NCBI GenBank assembly: GCA_903882905.1
Contig: CAIRYW010000017.1
Location: forward strand, 1-56,139
Length of the DNA stretch: 56,139 nucleotides
DNA from: an uncultured bacterium
Lineage (GTDB): Bacteria > Patescibacteriota > Minisyncoccia > Phycocordibacterales > CAIRYW01
Direction of reading: 5' to 3'
Under the pieces are notes generated by a model. The model was not told the DNA's origin. It ran no database searches and saw nothing but the letters and a program-made list of their open reading frames with translations. Every line of letters begins with the position of its first letter. Position 1 is the first letter of the stretch. Both the position numbers and the translations under genes were made by a program. Shown here piece after piece: positions 38,987 through 48,041 of this stretch.

Positions 38987-39014
38987 AAAAAAATACCCCT
39001 AGCGAACTAAGGGT
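38987..39014 (-). terminator. Intrinsic terminator of the GC-rich mini-unit
   Basis: Minus strand acccttag-ttcg-ctaggggt followed by a T7 run. Confidence 0.7.
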
Positions 39015-39050
39015 TGAAGAAAGGACTACCAAGTTGCAGTCCGAGGTCGG

Positions 39051-39176
39051 CTACTTGCCGTCGTCGGTCTTGGCAATTTGCGATCCGCGGCGCCGGCTGC
39101 TGAAACGGTCTGACCGGCGCGAACCGGGTTTAATTCCAATCGGGGTTTGTTTGCGGGCTTTGTTCTCTTGGCTCAT
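39051..39176 (-). CDS. 41-aa Arg/Ser-rich orphan ORF or structured RNA (missing from the ORF track)
   Basis: MSQENKARKQTPIGIKPGSRRSDRFSSRRRGSQIAKTDDGK; 73/126 GC by hand count; promoter TTGACG-N17-TAACTT at 39215-39187. Confidence 0.45.
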   Translation of the reverse strand: MSQENKARKQTPIGIKPGSRRSDRFSSRRRGSQIAKTDDGK

Positions 39177-39220
39177 ACAGCTTTAAAAGTTACACCAATG
39201 TTAAAATTTCGTCAATAGTT

Positions 39221-40006
39221 TTAATTTGAAATTGGAACTTCAATTCTTGGTGCGCCGTAAGGTCTTGAACCTAATTGATATTCTTTAAACTGCAAAATGA
39301 CACTAGAATCAGAAAACATGAAAGTATCGAAATTTGTTATAGTCGCAACCAACCCATCATTATTATCCAAAAAACTAGTGTCAGTATTGCCTGTTTGGGA
39401 GTAATATTTTTTCAATTCTCCTGTTGCATTCTTTGAAAGATTATTCAAAAAATCTACTGGCCTAAAAAAGTCACTTAATTTTTTTTCTGTTCCATCACTT
39501 AAGCTAAAAGTATGAGATTCAAAGTTTGTATATGGATGTGCAAGTAATCCCCCGCCGACAAAGGTCGAATACAGAACACTGACAGTCCCGAATTTTTCAG
39601 ATGTCGTAGCGTCACTTGTAAGAGCAATCTCAAATGGTGAAAGAGATGGAGGTGTATTTTCTGGAGAAATATTTGAAGAAACATCTCCCGTAATTTGTAA
39701 TTTTATTACCTGAACTTCTGCCTCTATTTGAGAATTAATTGCACCCCACTTATTTCCCAAAGTACTATCAAAAACTGGATAAGTAGCACTAAATGTCCAT
39801 TTACCTCCTGGATCTTTGTCTGTAATTGTTTTGGAACTGATAGTTGGTGTAAATACTTGTGTGGTTTGTGTTGTACTAATATTTTGTTCTGCAGATTTAG
39901 TATTTAAAACATAGGAAACAAGAATTTGAACATAGTGAGGATTTATAGCCACAAGAACTACTATCAATATAACGACTCCGACTATATAAGGAATAATTTT
40001 CTTCAT
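39221..40006 (-). CDS. Membrane-anchored DUF3298/DUF4163 (RsiV/PdaC-like) protein
   Basis: N-terminal TM; AHPYT...TFSLSDG...LSDFF; FKEYQLGSRPYG. Confidence 0.7.
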   Translation of the reverse strand: MKKIIPYIVGVVILIVVLVAINPHYVQILVSYVLNTKSAEQNISTTQTTQVFTPTISSKTITDKDPGGKWTFSATYPVFDSTLGNKWGAINSQIEAEVQVIKLQITGDVSSNISPENTPPSLSPFEIALTSDATTSEKFGTVSVLYSTFVGGGLLAHPYTNFESHTFSLSDGTEKKLSDFFRPVDFLNNLSKNATGELKKYYSQTGNTDTSFLDNNDGLVATITNFDTFMFSDSSVILQFKEYQLGSRPYGAPRIEVPISN

Positions 40007-40031
40007 TAAGTTGATTATAACATTTCCTGTG

Positions 40032-40106
40032 TTGTCATTCCCGCGAAAGCGGGAATCTAGGGTTTTACTACATACATCTGGATTCCCGCTTTCGCGGGAA
40101 TGACAA
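40032..40106. repeat. REP-like dimeric palindrome (ATTCCC-N8-GGGAAT core, dRS3/RPE-like)
   Basis: ttgtcattcccgcgaaagcgggaatctag ... ctggattcccgctttcgcgggaatgacaa. Confidence 0.85.
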
Positions 40107-40162
40107 ATAACATTTTAACTTATTTCTTTGATGATTAACACTAATAATGCTAGTCTGTCTCC

Positions 40163-40864
40163 ATGGAAGAACTAAAAGCACAACTAAATAAAATCAATCT
40201 TAAGCTTGAAAATAAAGCCATCGAGCGACTTTGGAAATTTAAAGAAATTGTTCTTGAAAAAAATAAGGTTTTAAACCTTACAGGTATCACTGAAGAAAAA
40301 GACTTTATTCTCAAGCACTTAATTGATTCCCTTTCAGTTATAGATTCCATACCTGCTGGAACAAGAAACATTATAGATATTGGTACAGGTGCCGGTTTTC
40401 CAGGAGTACCAATAAAAATCGCAAGACCAGAAATAAATGTTACCTTACTCGATTCATCAAAAAAGAAAGTAGTTTTTTTGAAAGAAGCTATCAAATCTTT
40501 AGAACTTGAAAATATAAAAGCTGTGGCAGAAAGAGCAGAAGATTTGGCACAAGATAAAAATTTTAGAGAGAAATATGATGTAGCAATTTCAAGAGCAGTA
40601 GCATTGCTTCCTGTATTAGTTGAATACTCTCTACCTTTTGTAAAAGTTGGAGGAATTTTTATTGCTCAAAAATCTCAAAACGAGGAAGAATTGAAATCAG
40701 CGGAAAGAGCAATAAACATTCTTGGTGGAAAAATTAGAGAAATTATTTCAATAAAAATAGAAAATATTCCGGATCGCTCGCTAATCATTATTGAAAAAAT
40801 TTCTCGTACTCCACTAAATTTCCCGAGAAAACCAGGAACTGCTTCAAAGGAGCCTATAAAATAA
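40163..40864 (+). CDS. rsmG: 16S rRNA m7G527 methyltransferase
   Basis: NLTGI, KHLIDS, DIGTGAGFPG, RAE, SRAVA, FPRKPG. Confidence 0.96.
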   Translation: MEELKAQLNKINLKLENKAIERLWKFKEIVLEKNKVLNLTGITEEKDFILKHLIDSLSVIDSIPAGTRNIIDIGTGAGFPGVPIKIARPEINVTLLDSSKKKVVFLKEAIKSLELENIKAVAERAEDLAQDKNFREKYDVAISRAVALLPVLVEYSLPFVKVGGIFIAQKSQNEEELKSAERAINILGGKIREIISIKIENIPDRSLIIIEKISRTPLNFPRKPGTASKEPIK

Positions 40865-40865
40865 A

Positions 40866-42554
40866 TTATTTCTGTCTTTTTTCTAAACGTAGGAGATGGA
40901 TATTTCTTTCTTTATCAAAACCATCAACATCAAAGGCGTACTTTTCTATCATTTTTGAAGCTTGATGAGCTCCGAGATAATGTGGCATTACCACGTAAGT
41001 TGCTCCTGCAAGATAAAGTTTCTTTGTCTGCACGATATCGTGTGACATTGTAATTACAATACCTGATTTGTTTTCTTCTCTGTAGGTTTTTGTTATAAGC
41101 ATATTTGTTTCAAAATCTGGAATAGTTGAAACAATCAATTTTATTTGAGAAAAATTAATTTCTCTCAAAAACTCAACATCATCAGCATCACCATATTTAA
41201 ATGGAATTCCTTCTTCTTCTAATCTTTTAATAGCCGAAGGATTAAAATCTACTGCAAAAAATTTAGCTTTTATATGCCTTGCTGCTTCAGAAAAATCTTC
41301 TCCTACTCTGTGATATCCAAAAATTATCATATCAAAATCATTTACCTTGGATTTTTTTTCATCTTTTGTTCCTTTGATCATTTCAAAGAAACCAATAAAT
41401 CTTCTCAGTCTGTTGTAAATATTTTCTGAATAAAGAATCAAATAGGTTGAAACTGATATTGTGAAAACAAAGACTAACGTGATAATTGAAACTATTGTGT
41501 TACTTATTTGTCCATTTGAAGCTCCAACGGCAACTAAGATAAGTGAAAATTCGCTAATTTGTGAAGAAGTCATTGCAACCAGAAAACTGGTTCTTTTTTT
41601 GTAACCCAAAATTTTCATTACAAAAAATACAATGATTGGATTAATCAACAAAACAAAAACTGAAAGAATAATTGAGGGATACAAGACTTGTGTATCTAGA
41701 CTCAAAGAAATTCTTGAGCCAAGAAGAACAAAAAACAACATGATAAAAAAATCTCTAAGTGGCTTAAGACGAGATCCTATTTCTTCGGCAAATGGAGAGA
41801 CAGCAAAAGTTGCACCAGCCACAAGGGCGCCAATACCTGATGAAAAACCAATTGCAGAAAAAAATGAGGATAATCCAAGTCCCCATGCTATTGAAAACAA
41901 AAAAAGTAATTCAGGAGAAGAGGAAAAAAATTCTGAAAGTTTTGGAAGTACATATTTACTTATAATGAAAAGTAGAACAACAATAACTATTCCTTTAAAT
42001 AGTAGAGCTAGAAAAATATGCTCAAGATCAGCACCTGTAGTAGAGACAGAAACATTTAGAGAGGCAACAATTAAAATTAAAGCGGCAATAAAATCCTCAA
42101 CCAAGAGCATTCCTAAAACAATTTTTCCATGAAGTTTACCCAGACTTCTTTTATCCGAAAATAATTTCAAAATTATAATGGTACTCGAAAATGCCAAAGC
42201 GGCACTAGCATAAGCAGCTGAAACGATATCGAAACCAAGCCACCTGACAACAAAAAAACCTGCGACTGAAGTGATAATTGCTTGTGTTACTCCAACAAAA
42301 AAGGAAGTAACTCCAACCTCTTTTATAATTTCAGGATTTAGATGGACACCAACAATAAATAAAAGTATTGAAATTCCAATTGTAGAAAATATTTCAAGAT
42401 CCGAAGTTGAGTGCAAAATATTAAAAACATAAGGACCAACCGCAATACCAGTAAGAACATAACCGACAATTAAAGGTTGTCTTAAAAGTTTCATTATTGC
42501 TCCAAAAAGAACAGCAACAAAAACAATAATACTTATTTCAAAAAAAAATGTCAT
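40866..42554 (-). CDS. CPA2 cation:proton antiporter with C-terminal RCK/TrkA-N domain (KefB-like)
   Basis: RQPLIVGYVLTG, FSSTIIILK, LLVED, QISEFS, GYHRVG, YGDA. Confidence 0.9.
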   Translation of the reverse strand: MTFFFEISIIVFVAVLFGAIMKLLRQPLIVGYVLTGIAVGPYVFNILHSTSDLEIFSTIGISILLFIVGVHLNPEIIKEVGVTSFFVGVTQAIITSVAGFFVVRWLGFDIVSAAYASAALAFSSTIIILKLFSDKRSLGKLHGKIVLGMLLVEDFIAALILIVASLNVSVSTTGADLEHIFLALLFKGIVIVVLLFIISKYVLPKLSEFFSSSPELLFLFSIAWGLGLSSFFSAIGFSSGIGALVAGATFAVSPFAEEIGSRLKPLRDFFIMLFFVLLGSRISLSLDTQVLYPSIILSVFVLLINPIIVFFVMKILGYKKRTSFLVAMTSSQISEFSLILVAVGASNGQISNTIVSIITLVFVFTISVSTYLILYSENIYNRLRRFIGFFEMIKGTKDEKKSKVNDFDMIIFGYHRVGEDFSEAARHIKAKFFAVDFNPSAIKRLEEEGIPFKYGDADDVEFLREINFSQIKLIVSTIPDFETNMLITKTYREENKSGIVITMSHDIVQTKKLYLAGATYVVMPHYLGAHQASKMIEKYAFDVDGFDKERNIHLLRLEKRQK

Positions 42555-42577
42555 ATGAAAATTATATCATTTTAAAC

Positions 42578-42614
42578 AAAAAACTTACCCACTTGAATTG
42601 TGGGTAAGTTTTTT
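42578..42614 (-). terminator. Intrinsic terminator
   Basis: aaaaaacttacccac-ttgaatt-gtgggtaagtttttt. Confidence 0.75.
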
Positions 42615-42635
42615 TAACTCTAAAATATTTTCAAC

Positions 42636-43454
42636 CTACGGATTCACCTCACTAAAGCTAGCATTGATGTAGCAAGTAGCATATTTGGTAGAGGTACCAG
42701 TTGTGGTAGTTGTTGCTCCTGTTATTGGATTGGGGAGGTTTTCACCACAAGTTAGTTTGTATTGTGTTTCTTTGGTAACTTTGCTGTCGTTGAATGTTTT
42801 AGGTGAAAGAATAGGATAAGTATAGGTTTGATCACCTTGAGCTGAGCCTGTAAGAGTACAAGTTGAGTATTTATCTTCTGTTAGTAGGTTAAAGACTGGA
42901 CTGCAATTTCCTCCTGTACCATTAGTTGAATTGTATGGATTGATGGTGTTAGCTTTGAAATCTTTTATTACTACTTGTCCTGAAGGAAGATTAGTACCTC
43001 CGTTTGTCTCTATATATATTTGTGCGGCTGATTTTGTACATGTAAGGGTTGTAGGGTTACAAGTTGAACCTACGCCATTTACAGCTACACAATCCTTGTC
43101 TGGATTACATCCGTCGACTATCTTTGTTCCCGAGCAAGCGAGTTTTGGGGTGCAGACTACGGGGGTTGGAATGACAGTGCCCACAGAGCCACCACTATTA
43201 TTAACAGGTGGATAATATACTGGGGGAGGAGGTTGAGGTGGTGGACAATTTTGTCCTAAAACAGCGCACCTTTGATCTCCACCATAATGAGTATTACCTA
43301 TATTAAAATTCCCACAACCTGAATCTGAATAGCAAACATGTCCTTTTTTACAACTTTTAGCTTCTGCTTTGGGAGCGTTTATACCAAAAGCAAATACAAT
43401 TGCAAAAACAAAACCTGAAATCAGAAATAATTTTTTCATATTTTTGGTATTCAT
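42636..43454 (-). CDS. Secreted Cys-rich, Pro/Thr-rich protein
   Basis: Signal peptide ending AEA, many Cys, CPPPQPPPPVYYPP segment. Confidence 0.75.
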   Translation of the reverse strand: MNTKNMKKLFLISGFVFAIVFAFGINAPKAEAKSCKKGHVCYSDSGCGNFNIGNTHYGGDQRCAVLGQNCPPPQPPPPVYYPPVNNSGGSVGTVIPTPVVCTPKLACSGTKIVDGCNPDKDCVAVNGVGSTCNPTTLTCTKSAAQIYIETNGGTNLPSGQVVIKDFKANTINPYNSTNGTGGNCSPVFNLLTEDKYSTCTLTGSAQGDQTYTYPILSPKTFNDSKVTKETQYKLTCGENLPNPITGATTTTTGTSTKYATCYINASFSEVNP

Positions 43455-43459
43455 ATATC

Positions 43460-44539
43460 TTATTTGTTATTTCCCAAATTAATAATAGATTGATTTATTT
43501 TTGCTTTCATATCAGATTTTTCTAACATTCCGAGAGTAATATCTGTATCAACTAGACTTAATGCTTTATTGTAGGCTTCTTTAGCTTTTGATTTGTCTCC
43601 CGTTGCTTCCAATAAAAGTCCTTTTACAACATAAGCGAATGAATCATTACCATAAAAACTTACCGCCTTTTCAATATCCTGGTCAATTTGATTTTTTAGG
43701 GATTCATTCTTTACTACATAATCATTGAGTAAAATTTTGGCATACGCCCTGTTTGCATATGCGTTACCATATTTATCATATGAATCAATCGATTTGGAAA
43801 AATCATCTATTGCAATTTGATAATTCCCAGAGTCTATTTCTGCCAGGCCAAAAATTTCATAGGCTGTAGCTTTTACATATGCAATCTGAGTTACATCGAT
43901 AGCAGCTTGCGCATATTTTTTTGCATTTTCAAAATCACCTTTTCCTTGAGCAATTCTTGCTAAGTTCATTAAAGCAACGTCATTTTTACTATCTATACTG
44001 TAAGCTTTTATGTAATCAGCTTCAGCAGAGGTTAGGTCACCAGATAGATCATACGCATGACCTCTTTTTACGTAACCAAGTGGAGAATCTGGATAAAGTG
44101 CAATAGCTTTATTGTATTGTTCTAATGCTTTAGAGTAATTTTGTAAGACTTCGTAAGAATATCCGAGAACTAAGTCTGCTTGATACTCTTGATTTTTGTC
44201 TGGACTATTTGCAAGAACCTCATTTGCTATAGCAATAGCTTTATTTCCATATTCTACTTCTTTGAACTCTAGACTAGCTTTTTCCAGATACGCATTGGCC
44301 AAATCAATTTTGGATTGATTGTCATTATTAGAACTTACTAACTGTTCAGCTATTTGTACTTCTTTTTCAACATCTCCAGATTGAGCATTTTTCATCAATT
44401 CATCGTTTAGAATAGTTTGATTATACTCGGCAAGGGAAATAATCTTACCGTTTTGAATTGTATAAAACTTTAAAAAGACGAATATCGATAAACCTAAGAG
44501 AACAATCACAATAAGGGAGATGATAAAATATTTTTTCAT
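43460..44539 (-). CDS. Membrane-anchored tetratricopeptide-repeat protein
   Basis: N-terminal TM; repeated TPR patterns such as LGYSYEVLQNYSKALEQYNKAIALYP. Confidence 0.88.
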   Translation of the reverse strand: MKKYFIISLIVIVLLGLSIFVFLKFYTIQNGKIISLAEYNQTILNDELMKNAQSGDVEKEVQIAEQLVSSNNDNQSKIDLANAYLEKASLEFKEVEYGNKAIAIANEVLANSPDKNQEYQADLVLGYSYEVLQNYSKALEQYNKAIALYPDSPLGYVKRGHAYDLSGDLTSAEADYIKAYSIDSKNDVALMNLARIAQGKGDFENAKKYAQAAIDVTQIAYVKATAYEIFGLAEIDSGNYQIAIDDFSKSIDSYDKYGNAYANRAYAKILLNDYVVKNESLKNQIDQDIEKAVSFYGNDSFAYVVKGLLLEATGDKSKAKEAYNKALSLVDTDITLGMLEKSDMKAKINQSIINLGNNK

Positions 44540-44640
44540 AAAAATTTTTGGAGCATTTTCGCCAATTAATTAATAGTAAATTGCTACATAAATTCTATCA
44601 TATAGGTACTAAAAAACCACAAAGGTTTGTTCACAGGTAT

Positions 44641-44764
44641 TTTTCTGCGCGACTTGTTTTTGTTTACAAAAACAGAAGTACCCTTGTGGTAAAAAATTCT
44701 GCGAAGCCTACTCCGGCACTCGTTGCTACTCGCCCGACTCGCGCCAGAACCCTTTGCGGTTTTT
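44641..44764 (-). repeat. Dispersed intergenic repeat, copy B with GC-rich extension
   Basis: cgact-tgtttttgt-tt-acaaaaaca-gaagtacccttgtggt shared with 14567-14622; extension aaaaattctgcgaag...ctttgcggttttt. Confidence 0.65.
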
Positions 44765-44778
44765 AGAAATTTAACTTT

Positions 44779-45138
44779 TTAGACGAACAAATAAGCTAGA
44801 GCACCTGCAAGAAGAGCCATATTTTTCATAAAATTTGCCTTATCTGTTGCATGAGCATTTGCGTCTGTTATTGTCCAAAAATTATGTATCATGAAAGTTA
44901 CAGGAATCAAAAATAGGACAATAAGGGCAACTGAAACCGGGACATACAAAGCAAGTAAAATTCCAGCTCCACCTAGGATGACCATCACTCCGCTAACTAC
45001 AACAGCAAGTTTAGGTGAAGGTACTTTTTTTGAAGCTGCATAATGAGCAAGCATATCTCGGTGTTTGAGATGATTAATACCACTCATAATAAAGTATCCA
45101 CCAAAAATCACTCTACTGACAATTAATAAATATTGCAT
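44779..45138 (-). CDS. DoxX-family membrane protein
   Basis: RVIFGGYFIMSGINH, HNFW, FMKNMALLAGAL. Confidence 0.88.
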   Translation of the reverse strand: MQYLLIVSRVIFGGYFIMSGINHLKHRDMLAHYAASKKVPSPKLAVVVSGVMVILGGAGILLALYVPVSVALIVLFLIPVTFMIHNFWTITDANAHATDKANFMKNMALLAGALAYLFV

Positions 45139-45242
45139 ATTTTTTTGTTAATTTTTAAACTACCTACTTTGGCTATCTATTTTACACCCAGAACAGCCTT
45201 TATCAAAAGGTTATCAGGAGAAGAACTTTCCTAAAAGTTTAT

Positions 45243-45998
45243 TTAGACTTCGATTTTTGAGAACATTTTTGCACCAATAAACATAACAATCAAAACTAAA
45301 ATTGAAATAATAGTTAAATCAAACCCTACTCCGAAATGGGCTGCGCCAGAAAGAGTCCCTCTCAGAGCATCAACTCCATAGGAAAGAGGATCTAACCTAG
45401 TGACAATCTCTAAGGCTTTAGGCAAACCATCAATTGGAAACAAAGCACCGGAGAGAAAAAACAAAGGCATAACAAGAAAATTTATTATTATTTGAAATCC
45501 CTGCATGTCATCAAGTCTAGAACCGATAGCTGTGCCAAGTGCTGTAAAAAACAAAGCAATCAAAAACATTGCAAGAAATGCCACAGGAAGCATAGTAAGA
45601 GAAATTGGTCTAAATCCCACAAAAAAAGTCAAAGTAAAAACTACCAAACCTTGTATCATCGCAACAGTAGCTCCACCAAGTGTTCTTCCTATCATTATGT
45701 AAATACGAGAAACAGGAGCAACTAAAGTTTCTTTTAAATAACCAAACTGCCTGTCCCAAATTATTTCTATACCAGAAAAAATAGATGTAAAAAGAATACT
45801 CATACACATTACTCCGGGTGCCAAAAATTGCATATAATTTCCTCCTCCAGCTTTTGCGTAAATAGGACCAAATCCGAAACCAAGAGCCACTAAAAATAAA
45901 ATTGGCTGGCCAAGTGAACCGATCATTCTAGATTTTGATCGAACGTATCTTTTTAATTGTCTAAGCCAGAGTATGTATATTATTTTGAGGTTTTTCAT
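45243..45998 (-). CDS. ABC-2 type exporter permease (DrrB-like)
   Basis: DRQFGYLKETLVAPVSR, PLFFLSGALFP, PLSYGVDALR. Confidence 0.9.
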   Translation of the reverse strand: MKNLKIIYILWLRQLKRYVRSKSRMIGSLGQPILFLVALGFGFGPIYAKAGGGNYMQFLAPGVMCMSILFTSIFSGIEIIWDRQFGYLKETLVAPVSRIYIMIGRTLGGATVAMIQGLVVFTLTFFVGFRPISLTMLPVAFLAMFLIALFFTALGTAIGSRLDDMQGFQIIINFLVMPLFFLSGALFPIDGLPKALEIVTRLDPLSYGVDALRGTLSGAAHFGVGFDLTIISILVLIVMFIGAKMFSKIEV

Positions 45999-46035
45999 AT
46001 ATTTTTGTTATGAACGTAGTGAATTAGAAAAATAA

Positions 46036-46167
46036 TGACCCTGTTAAATAAAATTTGATTATCACTTCGCTTTGTTTATTTTCATTACTCATTTTTGTTT
46101 ATATTAATCATTTATTTTAACTTCTAATCAAATTTTAATTTTTTGAAAAAATTATTTAACAGGGTGA
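46036..46167. mobile_element. MITE-like element with terminal inverted repeats and flanking TGA direct repeat
   Basis: tga-ccctgttaaataa ... ttatttaacaggg-tga; internal inverted repeat aaaatttgatta/taatcaaatttt. Confidence 0.6.
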
Positions 46168-46199
46168 GTAATTTATACTCGCTTTGCTCGTTAAATTAC

Positions 46200-46988
46200 T
46201 CAATGTTTCCAACGTCTAGCCATTCTTGAAGCTCCATTTTCTGCACCTTCATCCCTTATCTGTTTACCAGTGAGTGCCAAAAAAGCATCCTCTAAACTTT
46301 TTGTATTAGTCTTTTTTTTCAAATCATCTGGACTGCCTTCTGCAACAATTTTTCCATGATCAATTACTGCAATTCTATCTGCATTTCTTTCTGCCTCCTC
46401 CATATAATGAGTCGTAAAAAAGACTGATAAACCTTCCTTTTCACGCAGTGCCTTTATATGAGTCCACATATTATTTCTTGTTTGTGGATCAAGACCAAGA
46501 GTCGGCTCATCCAAAAATAAAACTTTTGGATGGTGAAGAAGACCGCGAGCAATCTCTAAACGCCTTTTCATTCCTCCTGAAAAATTTTTTACTAAATCAT
46601 TTTTTCTATCCCATAAATCAACAAGCTTCATAAGTTCTTCAATTCTTCGTTTATACAAAATTTTCTGTAGTCCATACATCACTGCATGAATTTCCATATT
46701 CTCGTAAGCAGTAAGCTCAGTATCGAGTGATGGATCTTGAAAAATAATCCCAAAAGAATTACGAACTTCATTGGGATTTTCTAAAACGTTAGAACCATCA
46801 AGTATCACTTCACCTGATGTAGGGACAAGAAGTGTTGTCAGCATTCTTATGGTAGTGGTCTTTCCTGCACCGTTTGGTCCTAAAAACGCAAAGGCTTCAC
46901 CCTTTTTTACATTAAAAGAAATATTTTTTACCGCTTCAATTTCATTAAAATTTTTTACTAATTTTTTTACTTCAATAATGTTTGGCAT
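46200..46988 (-). CDS. ABC exporter ATP-binding protein (DrrA-like)
   Basis: GPNGAGKTT, FSGGMKRRLEIARG, DEPTLGLDPQ, TTHYMEEA; start MPNIIEV at 46988. Confidence 0.93.
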   Translation of the reverse strand: MPNIIEVKKLVKNFNEIEAVKNISFNVKKGEAFAFLGPNGAGKTTTIRMLTTLLVPTSGEVILDGSNVLENPNEVRNSFGIIFQDPSLDTELTAYENMEIHAVMYGLQKILYKRRIEELMKLVDLWDRKNDLVKNFSGGMKRRLEIARGLLHHPKVLFLDEPTLGLDPQTRNNMWTHIKALREKEGLSVFFTTHYMEEAERNADRIAVIDHGKIVAEGSPDDLKKKTNTKSLEDAFLALTGKQIRDEGAENGASRMARRWKH

Positions 46989-47001
46989 ATTTAAAAAATT
47001 A

Positions 47002-47175
47002 TTAATTAAGCTGTTGTCCGATTTTGAATCCAACCCAGATTCCTACTATGGCAAAGACGGCGCTGAGGACAAGTGATGACGATGAAAACATATCTCCTCC
47101 CCAGAGGGCTGGAATATAACCTCCAACAACCGAACCGATTGTCATGAAGATAAAAACTAAAGATTTTGTACTCAT
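47002..47175 (-). CDS. Small Gly-rich two-TM membrane protein, 57 aa (missing from the ORF track)
   Basis: MSTKSLVFIFMTIGSVVGGYIPALWGGDMFSSSSLVLSAVFAIVGIWVGFKIGQQLN; fits tightly between fba and the ABC ATPase. Confidence 0.75.
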   Translation of the reverse strand: MSTKSLVFIFMTIGSVVGGYIPALWGGDMFSSSSLVLSAVFAIVGIWVGFKIGQQLN

Positions 47176-47177
47176 TT

Positions 47178-48041
47178 TTAATTAATCCTTGAAAAAATCT
47201 GAAGTTTTTCTTTGACCAGATTCTTCACTGCAAGTACAGCGTTCTCTGCGAGCTTGTATCCTGCAACTTCATCACTTTCATTCAGAGATTTTTTTAAAGC
47301 TTCCTTGTAAGCCACTCTTATCTCTGTATTTATATGTACGACTGAAACACCGTTTAAGATTGCATTTTGAAAATCTTCTTTAGAATTTCCTGAACCGCCA
47401 TGCAATACCAAAGGAATTTTTACTGCATCACTAATTTCTTTTACCCTTTGGATATTTAACTTCGGTTCTGGAGCAAACTTAAGCATGCCGTGAATATTTC
47501 CAACTGCAGGAGCAAAAAAATCTACGCCAGTCTCCATAACAAATTTTTTTGCGTCTTCTGCTGTCGTGAGCATTTTGTCTCCCACCGATGCTCCTTCGGG
47601 AATTGCATCCAACAATTTGGATGACGTTCCAATGTATCCTAATTCCCCTTCCACAAAAATATTTGGATTTACACTTTTTGCATACTCTACACACCGCTTC
47701 GTAATTTTGATGTTTTCATCAAGCGGTAATTTTGCTCCGTCAAAAATAACAGAATCAAAACCTTCATCAACTACTTCTTTAACTCTCTCAAATGAATAAG
47801 TGTGGTCAGCATTTAGAAAAACTGGAAGACCTTGATCCTTGTAACTTTTGACCAAAGCAACAACTTGAGGAATTCCAATAAAATCCCTTTCGCCTTCTGA
47901 AACTCCAATAATTACAGGAACATTTAATTCTTTCGCAGCTTCAACAATTCCTTTAAGGGTTTCTAAATTTGAAATATTAAAATGCCCGATTGCAACTTTA
48001 TTTTTATGCGCCTCTTCTATGTATTCTCTGTATGTTTTCAT
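47178..48041 (-). CDS. fba: Class II fructose-bisphosphate aldolase
   Basis: NADH, DG, VEGELG, GNIHG, LVLHGGSG, INT. Confidence 0.9.
   Translation of the reverse strand: MKTYREYIEEAHKNKVAIGHFNISNLETLKGIVEAAKELNVPVIIGVSEGERDFIGIPQVVALVKSYKDQGLPVFLNADHTYSFERVKEVVDEGFDSVIFDGAKLPLDENIKITKRCVEYAKSVNPNIFVEGELGYIGTSSKLLDAIPEGASVGDKMLTTAEDAKKFVMETGVDFFAPAVGNIHGMLKFAPEPKLNIQRVKEISDAVKIPLVLHGGSGNSKEDFQNAILNGVSVVHINTEIRVAYKEALKKSLNESDEVAGYKLAENAVLAVKNLVKEKLQIFSRIN

Noticed and set aside
39089-39121. Minus-strand GGTCAG...AGCAGCC resembles SRP RNA helix 8
   Set aside because: The inner stem and GNRA tetraloop are missing, so it is not called SRP RNA without a covariance-model search.
26375-42132. Long antisense ORFs such as 26375-26932, 38289-38729 and 41632-42132
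   Set aside because: They lie wholly opposite well-supported genes and read like reverse-frame shadows.
44548-44766. 72-aa ORF from the track
   Set aside because: It runs through the dispersed repeat, starts at TTG and has no protein-like features.
45139-45242. Possible riboswitch upstream of the DoxX gene
   Set aside because: Only short weak stems are present, and I could not match any aptamer consensus.
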